DNA of 63,859 nt, the filler included, from Bigelowiella natans CCMP2755 (lineage: Eukaryota > Protista > Cercozoa): the NCBI GenBank assembly GCA_000320545.1. It is 9 parts of 9 records of this genome, joined end to end, with 100 filler letters (N's around TTAATTAATTAA, not from the genome) between each part and the next. Parts side by side here need not be neighbours in the genome. Positions count along the whole stretch, not along the records: positions 42,132 to 56,588 come from ADNK01001059.1; positions 56,689 to 59,761 come from ADNK01001465.1; 7 more parts are not named here. The stretch is one strand, 5' to 3'. Each line of letters starts with the position of its first letter. The first letter of the stretch is position 1. The translations under genes and the position numbers were made by a program. Positions 45,340 to 57,140 of the stretch are shown here, piece after piece. The notes under the pieces were generated by a model. The model was not told the DNA's origin. It did not search any database and saw only the letters and a program-made list of their open reading frames with translations.

Positions 45340-46109
45340 TGATCAGAAAGCGCTCCACATTCGGAATGCAGGCTCATTGATGATTTGTTTCAGCAGAATT
45401 TTGAGGACACGATGGATGATGGGATGACCATTGCTGTTCCAGTGAGGAACGTCACGCATGATGAAACTGAGTTTCATGCCGTGCTCAAAGGCGGTGATGG
45501 AGAGAAATCAGGCAAACCAGGCTCAGGTCTCGGTTGTGGTTGCCTCCTCATCAAGGATCTGACATGGTGCAGCTTTTTCCCATTCGTCACCAATGGATGT
45601 TGCACAGAAGTTTGTGAGATTTGCTGCGGGAAAGAAGATGTAATCCACGTTGCATCTGACATTTTCACAGAATCTCAAAAACAATTTTCATGCAGGGTCG
45701 ATGCAACGATTTGTGCCCACTGCTACTTTTTGACCCTTGCAAAAATTTTTGCGATTGCAACCGATGGTTGAAATGCTGCTCCGATGACGAAGAGAGCTGG
45801 GGATCAGCATGTGGTTCTTGTGGAGGATCCTGTGAAGATTGCTTCTGTGGTGATGTTTCATCATCATTGCGGTGAGGTTTCATTGGGCATCTGTGCATTG
45901 ATTCATGACTGTGCTGTTTGTTCCTGTGTTTTTCCGCGTCCGATGTGAATGTCCACCGATGGAAATGCGATTTTTGGGGCATCTACAACAAGCAGATTCT
46001 GAATGATTCTGCGGTTGGAGTGAAATCTGCTCCTGTGTTTGTGATGAACATGTGTGCTGCTGGAAGAAGGCATGACGACGTGATGTGTGAACAATTGACT
46101 GTGCGATGA
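44960..46109 (+). pseudogene. Intron-containing gene relic eroded by TA->TG/CA changes (Tyr->Cys/His)
   Basis: About 225 readable codons contain 25 Cys and only 2 Tyr. There is a frameshift at the T-run near 45727-45731, and the region lies inside the TpA-depleted block. Confidence 0.65.
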
Positions 46110-47339
46110 CGAACAAACTAACACACAATGATTCGTGAATTTGTGTCCCTTGCATCCGATCCACGCATGCGGGAGGCTTTGTGCTGTGTGCCCATGTGGC
46201 CATTTGAACACAACGTGCATGCACAGCATCCACATGCTTGTCATGGCTGTTGCCACATTCAAGCATGTCATTGATTCCAACCTGTGAATGTGTGATCCGA
46301 TGCGCCACACCATCACGCGTGTGCGTGTGTGTGTGCATTGCACACATTGACTCATTGCATCGATCACATCGTGTGCCCACACACCACACGTGTTTCCATC
46401 GATCATTGCGATGCGATTTGGGGCTGTCGCGTGCGAACGAATCGTCGCCTCACAGTTGTCGTCAGAACAAACCGCACATGCACATTGCATCACTAGTCAT
46501 CCATCATCATCGCTCACTTTGAGCATGCATGCTAGCATGTGTGCGTGCGCGAGGATGCGACTGTTCCAGTTGCAGCTGATTCACTTGTCTGGGTTGTGTG
46601 TTGTGTCGTGTGCTCCGTGCCAGCGTGGCGCAGATTCACATTCGATCTCATGTGCTTTTTGTGCAGCAATGCGTTGTCATCGTATGTCATCCTGTCGATC
46701 AGTCAACGTGTGCAACGCCAGAACGTGAGCTAGCAGTGTCTCCACACCACAACAACCACCTCAAACTAGAAAAAGCAAAAAAAGAAAAAAACAAGAGAAA
46801 GTCCAGGGCAGACGAGGGCCATGAGTCAGTGAAACGGTGAAAAACATTGAAGCTTGTTCCCAACATGTGTCTTTGATGGCTCATTTGTCGTTGGTTCACT
46901 TGCCTGCTTTCCGCTAGTCTTTGGCGACAAACCTCAACATTCCACGTACGTGTGTTGTCACTTTGGACGTTTCAGAGAAAATCATGTCTTTCGGAGAGCT
47001 TTTGACAGTTCAGTTCTAGCTCTGTGCTTCATCGCCCTGGCGGTTGCATGCTCCAATCCAGTTTCAATCGCGTGTTGCTTGAGGCGCAACTTCACGTTGG
47101 CAGCGCAGCGTGCATCCTGTGCATGATGTTGAACGTCACAAAGAGACTCAGATCAACAAAGTTTTTTTCTTTTTTTCTTTCTTTCTAGGACTGAGCAAGT
47201 GCGCAGAGAAACTAGGAAGGTGAAGTCAGTGGAGACGGTTGGGAGTTCTGATCAAGGCATCCACGTTCCTCAGGAAGCCTCTCCAGCTCTCACTGACAGC
47301 ACGAACGAGTGAATGAGTGCAAGGTTCAAGATTCGTGTT

Positions 47340-47640
47340 CATTCGACATGCTAACAACGTGTGCTGCAAGCACTGCTGGACTGCTGGCAAGCTGGACTTC
47401 TGACAAGCTCATCGACAAGGGGAGCAAGCCAAGCGCGCTCATCACACCAGCCGGCCCACGTGGACAAGTTCGAAGCCCGAATGAATGAATGAATGAAGAA
47501 GTTCCACAGGAGCGGTTGAACAATGAGAACAATGATGAAAAACTACATTTCTAAAGTGTGACAAGACGCTTGCAATGCACGAAATGCAGTGTCAAGGATC
47601 ACAGGTCACGCGTGAACTCGTGGCCTTCTCAATCAACGAG
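47340..47640 (+). mobile_element. Degenerate dispersed repeat, copy B (homologue of 4880-5130), TpA-eroded
   Basis: Shares exact 21-, 18- and 14-bp blocks with the reverse complement of 4880-5130, in collinear order. Confidence 0.6.
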
Positions 47641-48485
47641 AGTGGTCAAAAAGGAGAAAGTCGTTGAGCCCTTCCAATTCACGTTCATTTTTCATATTAT
47701 TCGTTGTCGCATAAATTCTTACGTCTGCATTCTTTGCCTTGTCGCCTAGAAACGGAAACCAAAGAAACAAATTTGATCAGATTGGCTTGTGCGAAACCGA
47801 TGCCCTCCAAGACACATTTTGATTATTTTGAGCATAATTTTGATGTCGCATTAATTAAATGCCGTGAATTGTTATGTCGCTAATCTCGAAGGGAATGTAC
47901 ATGTAACTGATTCACTCTGATTCACTGTATGTACACTATTATTAACGATTGCCTTCTCCCTCCCGTTCATGGCATCACCACTAAATATTGTCTAGATCAC
48001 AGTGGGATTCCCGGAGGTATGTGCACGAAAATTCTTCTCTTCACAATTCGTCAAACTTTAGAAAATCATGTGGGCTCATCTGATGGCTGCACACAAATTC
48101 CCTTGCTTTCGAATGAGAAATGGAAGGAATCCTTTTATGATAATATTGGTTTCGAGTTTGAGGAACTAAACTGACTTTCAACTGCAGATGTGGAAGATAT
48201 GATTCTGTCGTTGTCAACCTCTTGGGCTGCGTTGAAAATGTGGTAATTTATTGTGCACCCAATTCAAAACACACGTAATTTCGGAACGACAAAACATAGG
48301 TAGGAACTCTTTCTTTCGCTTCATCAACAAGTGACCCGTATTCTGCGCACGCTCCTAGATTCGCACTTGTTGCAAAATAACGTATATCTTATTTACGATT
48401 TTTTTTCGCGCTCGGTAGGTACGCGATTTAACAGAGTCGGTCACGAGATCTGGCACATACAAAAGTTTTACAATTTGCCATAATC

Positions 48486-48738
48486 ATGCGAGTTCACCCG
48501 GTTTCTCCGACACCGATTGAAATGAAATCCTTTGGAGGTGATTCCCTCACAGCGACCTTCCAAAATGAGGGGATAAATGAAAGCCTTTACTGTGATTCAA
48601 AAGAGAAAATTGTTGAAAACACAGCTGAGAACTCAGAGCTATTTCATGACGATGACCCTCCGGACTCCGTGCAGTTTGGATGCCATCCACCCATCCCGTA
48701 CCCGCGGTATTACCTAGCATAGACGATCATATTCTCTA

Positions 48739-48770
<32 letters not shown>

Positions 48771-48815
48771 CCCCCCCCCCCCCTTCCCCCCTATATATGT
48801 ACGCGCGCGAATGTG

Positions 48816-48855
<40 letters not shown>

Positions 48856-51683
48856 GATAGCTTAAGTGCATGGTATTCAATGCAGTGTTGCTAATACTGA
48901 GTTGATTGATAAGATGACCTGTAATACGGACTGTTGTCCATAACTATGCCTACTTTCTTGTTTATGTCAGTGATGATGAAAAATAACGAGTGTTCAAATT
49001 TAGGTACACAATGAACTGGATGATGTACTCGTACCACTATGTTTACCTTGAGCTGAGGAAAAATACAATTCGGCTTTTCTTTATAGCTCTCTTCGGAATG
49101 TGTATACTAATATGTCAGAAGGAGGTTGAAAATAGCGGTTTCACAAAAGTGGGCAACTTCCTACGATGTGTTATGCTTTTCAACACCTTCGTACATCTGT
49201 ACTATCTCTACGACTATTACAGTCTTTCCCATCATTTACTCTCACTGAGTGAGGTTTTTATGGCCTCTCTGGCCTTCTGGCAGACATACGAGCTATTCTA
49301 CTTTTTGATAGAGGTGCGATGATCATTCCCAACGTTTCCATGAAATGAAGCGTTTTCCCCGAATGGTTGCGAAATGACGGCACGCACACACTTACGAAAA
49401 GACTTCACACACCAAAAAAGCGTACCACCGTATCACATGCACGCTAATGTAAACATGAGGAGTTCCCCAACAAAGTGTTTATATATCTCATCACTTTAGG
49501 TTATAGTAACACTCGTGATCGACTACCCCTTCGTCAACTACTACATCGACAACACGCTAGAGGAGCGCGGCTCGTATGGTGCTGATGACCTGCAGAGCCA
49601 ATCGCACAAAATCAAGAATGTCTTCTCTCTTATTGGATTATGCCGGATGTACCTGCTCTTTCGCGCCATAAAGCATCGTTTCTATCGGCCGGGGCTCAAG
49701 ATTGTCGGCCATTGGTTCGACTTCAGTTTCAACCAGTCTTTCCTCATCCGCAATCTTATCACGTGGCACCCCATTTCACTCCTTGTCTCGCTTTACGCGT
49801 ACTTTACGTTTAGGTGACCTATTTGATAGATAGGGAACTTTGAAGGAAGGAGGGGGGAAGAGGAGAGATGAATGAATGGCAACCCATATCGAATTGTTAT
49901 TGCTCAAACGGATGGTTTGCGCGTGCTGTATTTGTTTGCCCTGTGTGCGTGCGTTCATGTTCCTTTATATGGCACACGCAAACACATTCATGTACCCACG
50001 AGTTTAACCTCTTATTTTTCTTCTTTATCAGCCTCGCCTACTGCTTGTTCTACTGTGAGCGAGAGGTCAACGCGCACCTTGCATACTACACACCTTGCGT
50101 CTATCTGACGGTAATTACTGGGTTTACGGTCGGTTATGGCGATATCTCCCCTGTGACTCCATTTGGGCGCTTTGTGGCTATGATGATTATTCTCTTCTAC
50201 GCTATCATGAACGCTATACTCGTCGCGACCATCGTACGCATGCTTACCAACCTTAAGCCTTACGAGGCGAAGATGATCGAATTTATGGATAACGTGGACG
50301 CTCATCGCCTTCAGAAGCACTATGCTGCTAATGTTCTGACAGCATTGGTACGCCTACGGGCGGCTCAAGTCAGGAAACGCAACTGGGCATACATAGCGTA
50401 CCTCAAATCATGCGTAATCCGCCAAACGCAGCAATTCCGTCACTATAAACAGAAGAAAAAGAACCGCACTAAGGATTTGCAGGGTCCACAGATTACGCTT
50501 AATATTGTCGAGGAAATATCTAAGAGCATGTATCATGTAAGTGAAGTAACCGCACGAGAGAGGGAGGGAATAGTGTGTGGTGTAATACAGTGATATTTTC
50601 TGCTCTGCACAATGCCATGCCTGTAGATGTTCAGACACGTTAGGAATATAGAGTGAGACACGTAATAATCTCTACATGTTCTAAATCATTATCGTCTTAC
50701 TATCTTTATCCTTAAAGCTTAAAAAAAAGATCAACGCAATCAAGCCGGATCTGCTGAACCCACTCTCACCAATGGCCAGCCCAGCCATAAAAGAGAGCAA
50801 GCGGAATGAGAGTAAAAAGAAGCGTAAGAAGATCCGGGTCCCATCCCAGATTCGTCGAATGTCGACAATTTTACAGAGGCACAAGAGCATTGAGTCGGGT
50901 TTCGAGATGGACTCCAAGAAGGCGTCACCATTAAAATTTAAAAGAGCGCACACACACACTGGGTTGGCGGCCGAAACGCAGCCTGATAATTTAGGTTCAT
51001 CTCCTCGATTTAATTTTAAAAAGTTGAATTTTAGTCAAACTCAGCAAGACCTGTCCTGTACGGTCACAGCGATAGATGGTTCTAACAACATCCAATTTTG
51101 CGAACCACCGAACAAGGATGGCGGCAGTAAGGAGAATGTGCAGGGACTTAGGATTTTGACTTCAGGACCTAAGATAGTGGTTCCTGTTCGAGGTCCCCCA
51201 TCCGAATTGCAGTCCTTGAATGTACCAGTATCTGCATCAAGAGTGACTGAGGAAGAGACATTAATTGACAACAATCGTTTAGCCTTCATGCTAGAGAAGG
51301 TGGTGCTGAAGCTAGATGCTCTTGACAACAAAGTTCACGACGTTCTCCAAGATGTGAGGAGAGTTAGCCACCGCGTAGACTCTCTAGAGCTTGTAGTCCG
51401 CAAAAACATAAGTGATGGTAACTTAAAAAAAAGGGGTGGCAGAAGTAATGAGAGCAAAGGTACAAAGAGTTCAACGACAACCGTTGCCAACGGCTCTGGT
51501 GTAGATAGCAGCATATTGGGTCAACCAGTGCCGTCTCGTAAGGAAAATAAGCTACCCAAACTGAAGAAAAATGGAAGGCAGCCTGACAGAGGGACTGTCG
51601 TTTCCCAGAATAACAATGAAGAAAAAAGTCTGAACGATCAGGGAATACCCACAACCAAGGGTAACAGCTCAGCAACCTCATAG
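48486..51683 (+). CDS. SK/KCNN-like Ca2+-activated K+ channel (5 exons)
   Basis: S4-like CRMYLLFRAIK. Pore YLTVITGFTVGYGDISPVTPFGRFVA. The post-S6 segment LKPYEAKMIEFM...QKHYAANVL resembles the SK calmodulin-binding domain. C-terminal coiled coil LEKVVLKLDALDNKVHDVLQDV. Confidence 0.88.
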
Positions 51684-52546
51684 CTTTTCGATTAGGCATG
51701 TACGTAATGTCATCTCGATCTGTAATCTGTGACAGCAGTAAACGATGTCTTAATTTCAGACAGCACATGTGCATGCTCATCTTGCACGTAGCGATAGGCA
51801 CTTTGCAGTGCAGCACGCAGCGATCGGCAAGTAGTCAGAATTTTTTCATCTGGCGAAACCAGCTGCAGATGGAGACAGTCTAGCAGTGATCACGTACGTT
51901 ACAAAGCCATCGACCAATAATCCCGTGAATCCACGCACGCACATGTCGTCTTCTGCTAGTATGTCGCCCCCTTTTCATTGCTAGATTGTGCTCGCCGCAA
52001 CATGCCCCTTCGATTCGATCCTCATGCAGCAGCATCGTGCATCATCAGCTCGACACACCACACTCATCAGTCTTGGCACATTCTAGCATGGTTTGCATCT
52101 GTTCAGCGGAGCGCGCTAGCGCTTGCATGTCGACAACACGCATGTGCTTGTAAATAGTAGCGTCAGAAACACGTGATTGATTGTTCGGCTTGCGACGCGC
52201 ACGCACGTCCACTCATCTACACTGAAATGTTGCGAATTTTTGGTTCGAGCATGTTTCTTTCTGAATTTGAACTTGCTCAGATGATCGAATGATGGCTTTG
52301 GTAGAGTGAAATTACCATCATGCGCGAAGGATTGTGGATGTGATGTGTATGGTGCATGCGCAATGCATTGCATGTGATACGATGCTAGCATGCGATGTCA
52401 TTGCGCTGCTGTCCATCATGCGAGGGATCTGCAGACTGCAGAGCAGATGATGATGAATTATCAAAACTTTCCAGATGCCACAGATCTTGATCCACGCGTG
52501 TGGACAACGTGACCCTGCACGCAATGAAACACAGTGGCAGCATGAT

Positions 52547-54549
52547 CTAGATGAAGCGACGTTGCAAAATGCGTGATGGCAGAAATTCGTCCGCTAAAAA
52601 TCTGCATGAATTCTCGTAAAGAGACTGAAGCTCTGCTTTTCTATTTGACTTGAGCATTTCCCTCAACTCTGAACTGTAATTGTCATTCTCACGCACCAAG
52701 GGATGTTCAGCAAGCAATGAATTTGCTAGTTGCACATCTCTTTTTGTCAAAGGGTGTGTACTTAGTTTCAACTCAGACAGATCCTTGCTTAAAAGTCCAA
52801 CCAGCTTCATATTTTTAATGGCATACAGATCCCCATACCGCCGTGATCCAGCCTAAACTTGTTGAAATCAATTTAATCATGCACACACAGAATCTAAAAT
52901 CTCTCGCTGCTCAGTATGTCAACCTTATATGTTAAATGGATGGCCATTCCATGTGGTCCATGATCAAAAAGTCCGAACACCGGCAGCCGTAACTTAGTTT
53001 CGATTTTGTGCACAAGCACCCGGACATATAGTGGTGGATATCCGAGGCCAGTGACAATGACACTTGGAACTCGCTTATGCAAGGTGTGTAGCAATCACCG
53101 GAAGGCAACAATAGTTCAATTGTAGTATGAATTGCAACTCACTTTGATGAAGTTATCTTCAACAAGACGATTAAAAATTCCTTCCTAAACAAAGATGCAA
53201 AGATAAAGCTAAAGATCTAGGCTCTAGAGGCTGCTGAGATGATGCAATGCTCTTTCTGCCGAGATTTCGATAGTCTTAACCTTTTCGACGACAATGATGG
53301 CCTTGGCACCAAATGAGCTGCAAGTGAAGTTTGAGTTCATCACTGATGATGTGATCAGTTGCCTTGTAGATCTACAATCCCATCTTTAAACACAATTTCA
53401 TGACTTTGGTACATCAAATATCTTCATATTCGATACGGATGTAAGACATTTCAATGTCAACAATCTGACATCTGACATCAGACTCACAGGCACGACTGCA
53501 CGACACCTTTCTTCATCACATTCCATTGCCACATCTCCAAACACGAGGCCTCGTGGAGTAGCGACTATTCCAAGCTCATGTCTTGGCAACCAAAGGATGC
53601 AAGACACATGATATATCGTTTCATTGAGCTGGTTTTGACTTTCAAAGTTTTGAATAAATTGATAATATAGATCCCTCTGAATAAATAGTGCAATCACGTT
53701 TGAATTGATTTTGGTCTCTGAAAGTCAACCTGAGTTACTCGAGAATTTGTCTTCATATTGCGATAAATTGCTTTTAAGCAGAGAAGGATTCTTCCATGCT
53801 TCATCAGGGTTCTTTCATTCAACTTTGATACTATCGACTTTGACTCCCTACCCACTTGAGTCTTCCAATCCCCAAACAATGAAGTCCACTCATCAAACAG
53901 GTCACTTTCATTATCTGATTCCTGAATCGTAAATACAAGTTCAAAACAACGTGACATGCAATAACATTTCATCACTCATCACATTAGATTGATCGCTTCC
54001 AAAACGGCTGTAAGATTCGCTGTCTGATTCGCTTATTCGTTCGTCCTAATCACACAAGACGATTTTTATTTTTTCAAGTAAATTTAAATTTTGATTCACT
54101 TACGTTAGAAGCCAAGCTATCCCTCAAAGAATTTGAGTCACAATCTGAGACTTCACGGGAAGTTTGTGTTTGATTTCTAATGTCGAACTCCTCTCCATCA
54201 TCTCCGTCGATCTATCATTTCAAAATGTTCATCACTATTTGTTCATAGTTCATAGATATCACGAATTAGTAAAATTTTCAACATTTTAAGGCAACATCTG
54301 GGCGTGTGAACACAGTGAACAAGTGAACACAACAACACAATGCATTGCAAACATGCCACAAATGCCACATTCATTCGGCTATTTTTCTTAGGAATTTGCG
54401 CTTACTTCCCAGGAAGCATTCTCTCTCCATCTGAAATTCCATGTCCGTAAATATTTCAAAGTAACAGATTGGATCCTCTTCCGCACCTCTCGGGGAGTGG
54501 ATGGGGCGGGAATCTTCGAAACCGCCGTGTTTTTTGTTGGTACTTCCAT
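52547..54549 (-). CDS. SPO11: SPO11 / topoisomerase VI subunit A homologue (9 exons)
   Basis: MEVPTK...EVRKRIQSVTLKYL...|...VTQ|RDLYYQ (catalytic Tyr)...LPRHELGIVATPRGLVFG...AIIVVEK|EGIFNRLVED...|VIVTGLGYPP...LPVFGLFDHGPHGMAIHLTYK|AGS...KAELQSL...RRFI*. Confidence 0.93.
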
Positions 54550-55125
54550 GGTTTTTGAGTTCTAGATCTATGACAAAGAACAATGATCAGTTGGTAAATC
54601 CCAATCTTCCTACTGCCTTTTTTACTAAGATTCCTTTTTCTCACTACGACATCATCTTCGTGCAGATCTAGCGATAAAATTCATGCGTTTCCTTGAAGCC
54701 GCCACTGTTCGAATTTTCGCTATACCGAAAAATACTGAAAATAATTTTCGTAATTTTAGCTTTTCGCATTAGGTGTGTGCTTCCTAATCTCGTGGTCTTC
54801 TTCGTCCACACTCGTAGATGTACGACTCAGGGGTGGGGTAGGAGGGCTGGGGCAAAACAGGCTCAACGCAACTCCACATAGTTTGTGCGACTGTCTGTGT
54901 TTGAATGTCGACATCCATTACCTGATTCTCCGTTTCAACTTGTGAGGTGTGAGAAGCACATTAAGTTGCATTGCACTCGGCTATCGGGAGCCCTTTCGCC
55001 TCCGGGCCCGAAAGAATTTTTCCTACAATTCAAAACTGAGATTCTATTCTCATTTCATTACGCTTGTGCAGCTCCAAGTCTAAATCCAACCCGATTATGT
55101 TCTGTCTCTTCGCAGAAACACGTAA

Positions 55126-56530
55126 ATGAGCAAGGAAATGAGCACCGAGAAAAAGAAGATCCCTGAGAAGGAGGAGAAGGGATATAAGGTAGATGATGCT
55201 AATTTTTTTAATGTACGCATGGATTATCATATGATTGTCTTGTGAAGAAACGCAAACATTTAGACAACAGACGATCGAAACGCACACCGCTACTCCACGC
55301 AACACAACACGCACTAGACGTACGAGCATACGAACGCCTTTCAACTTGCTAGGTGGAGCTTTACCTCTACGATTTGAGCCAGGGGATGGCGAAAGCGATG
55401 TCCATGGGACTTTTAGGTACCAGCATACCTCTCCTCGTGAGCATGATCCTGTTAAAGTCCACCATCTACTCAGCCTTTCCAATGACGCATCCTCATCATT
55501 TACCATTTCATAATCATTATCATCATCTTCATAATTATCATCGACGGTATCATTATTGCTGTGGTATCATCGTCATTGTCGCCGTCACTATATCTGCAAC
55601 ATGTCGTCAGGAAAACAGATCGATGGGATATGGCACACTGGCGTGGTAGTTTACGGGTCGGAGTATTTCTACGGTGGCGGCATCCAAGCTTCATCGCCTG
55701 GAATGACACAAGCTGGGTAGCGATCTTAGGGACAGACAAACTCATCGATTTAGAAAAAAAAGAGATAGCCCATCGAACAAATTTAAAAAACGATAAACCT
55801 AGCCATGGCTTCGATACTCATAAATGATGAAATAAAACACACACACCGCGCATGAGGTACGTAGTAACAGCGAGCGCGATTAGGTTCCTAATGGCGACAG
55901 CAACGCCGACAAAAGAGAGCGTAGTAGCGTAATATTTGTTGTATGCTTGTTTTAGTATTGGGTGCTATTGATGTTGTGTCGGTGGTCGTCGTCGTCGTCG
56001 TCTCAGGAGCCCTGTCCAACGCCTCCCCCTTGGCGTCACGTACATTACGCAGGACGTTTTTCACGATTTCCTTCGCTCCGTCGCCGACCAGTACAGCCCC
56101 CGCACCTACAACCTACTCACCAACAACTGCAACAACTTCTCTGATGCCGTCTCCAACTTCTTGCTAGACAGGCCGATTCCAAAGCACATCACAGGTACTA
56201 GTACTAGTAGTAGTAGTAGTAGTAGTAGTAGTCAGAAGCAGCAGAACCGCCAGGCTATACTATCTGATGATGATAAGTGGAGATGATGACATCGATGATA
56301 CCAGCCCTCCTCGCTGAAAGAACCCACCTCTTCCTCATCCTTCCTCTTAACTCTTCCTCCTCCTCCTCCTCCTCCTCCACCCAAGACCTACCGCGGGTGG
56401 CTCTGAGCACGCCGATGGGGCAGATGTTCCGTCCGATGCTGGAGAACATGCAAAACCAAATGGGGGGGGGTCGTGCCTTGGGGGGATTCACCGATCAACC
56501 TTCCCATTATCAACAACAACCCGCCCATGG
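55126..56530 (+). CDS. DESI1: PPPDE/DeSI family desumoylating isopeptidase, 5' part
   Basis: MSKE...GYK|VELYLYDLSQGMAKAMSMGLL|GKQIDGIWHTGVVVYGSEYFYGGGI...YNLLTNNCNNFSDAVSNFL...|DLPRVALSTPMGQMFRPML. Catalytic His (WHTG) and Cys (NCNNF) are present. Confidence 0.92.
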
Positions 56531-56550
56531 TAGAAGTCTGTTTTGTTGCA

Positions 56551-56581
<31 letters not shown>

Positions 56582-56688
56582 CGAGGAANNNNNNNNNNNN
56601 NNNNNNNNNNNNNNNNNNNNNNNNNNNNNNNNTTAATTAATTAANNNNNNNNNNNNNNNNNNNNNNNNNNNNNNNNNNNNNNNNNNNN

Positions 56689-56928
56689 GAACTTAAGACA
56701 CGCTGCTCACCATTGCGTTTTTCTGAAGATCTCGGACAGTATCTTGCCCCGGCGGCTTCCAACCGCAGCACCCTATCGTCCACGAAATCATGGTCTAGGT
56801 ACTGCTCACGGCTCCCCTGTGTCATAATTCACAACGTGCGCGCACATAGACACACACACACACACACACACCCACACACACTTACTCATCTGAACACATG
56901 AAATAATTCAGAACGACGGAGATGAAAA

Positions 56929-56982
<54 letters not shown>

Positions 56983-57096
56983 ACCCGCAACTTGATGCCC
57001 TTGCTAGCGAGCACAGAGAGACAGTCGGTCAACACCTGAGTAGCGGAGCGATTTTCAGCAGTAAGGCGAGGACACCCTCTCCCTTCTTATGGCAAT

Positions 57097-57140
<44 letters not shown>

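Noticed and set aside
45880-46728. Cys/His/Met-rich ORFs on both strands (also 5266-5601) as zinc-finger or metallothionein genes
   Set aside because: They are by-products of TA loss, which removes TAA/TAG stops and enriches TGY, CAY and ATG. No coherent domain spacing.
45001-47520. CpG methylation/deamination or fungal RIP as the cause of the TG/CA excess
   Set aside because: CG dinucleotides remain common, and TA is lost rather than gained. RIP would increase TpA.
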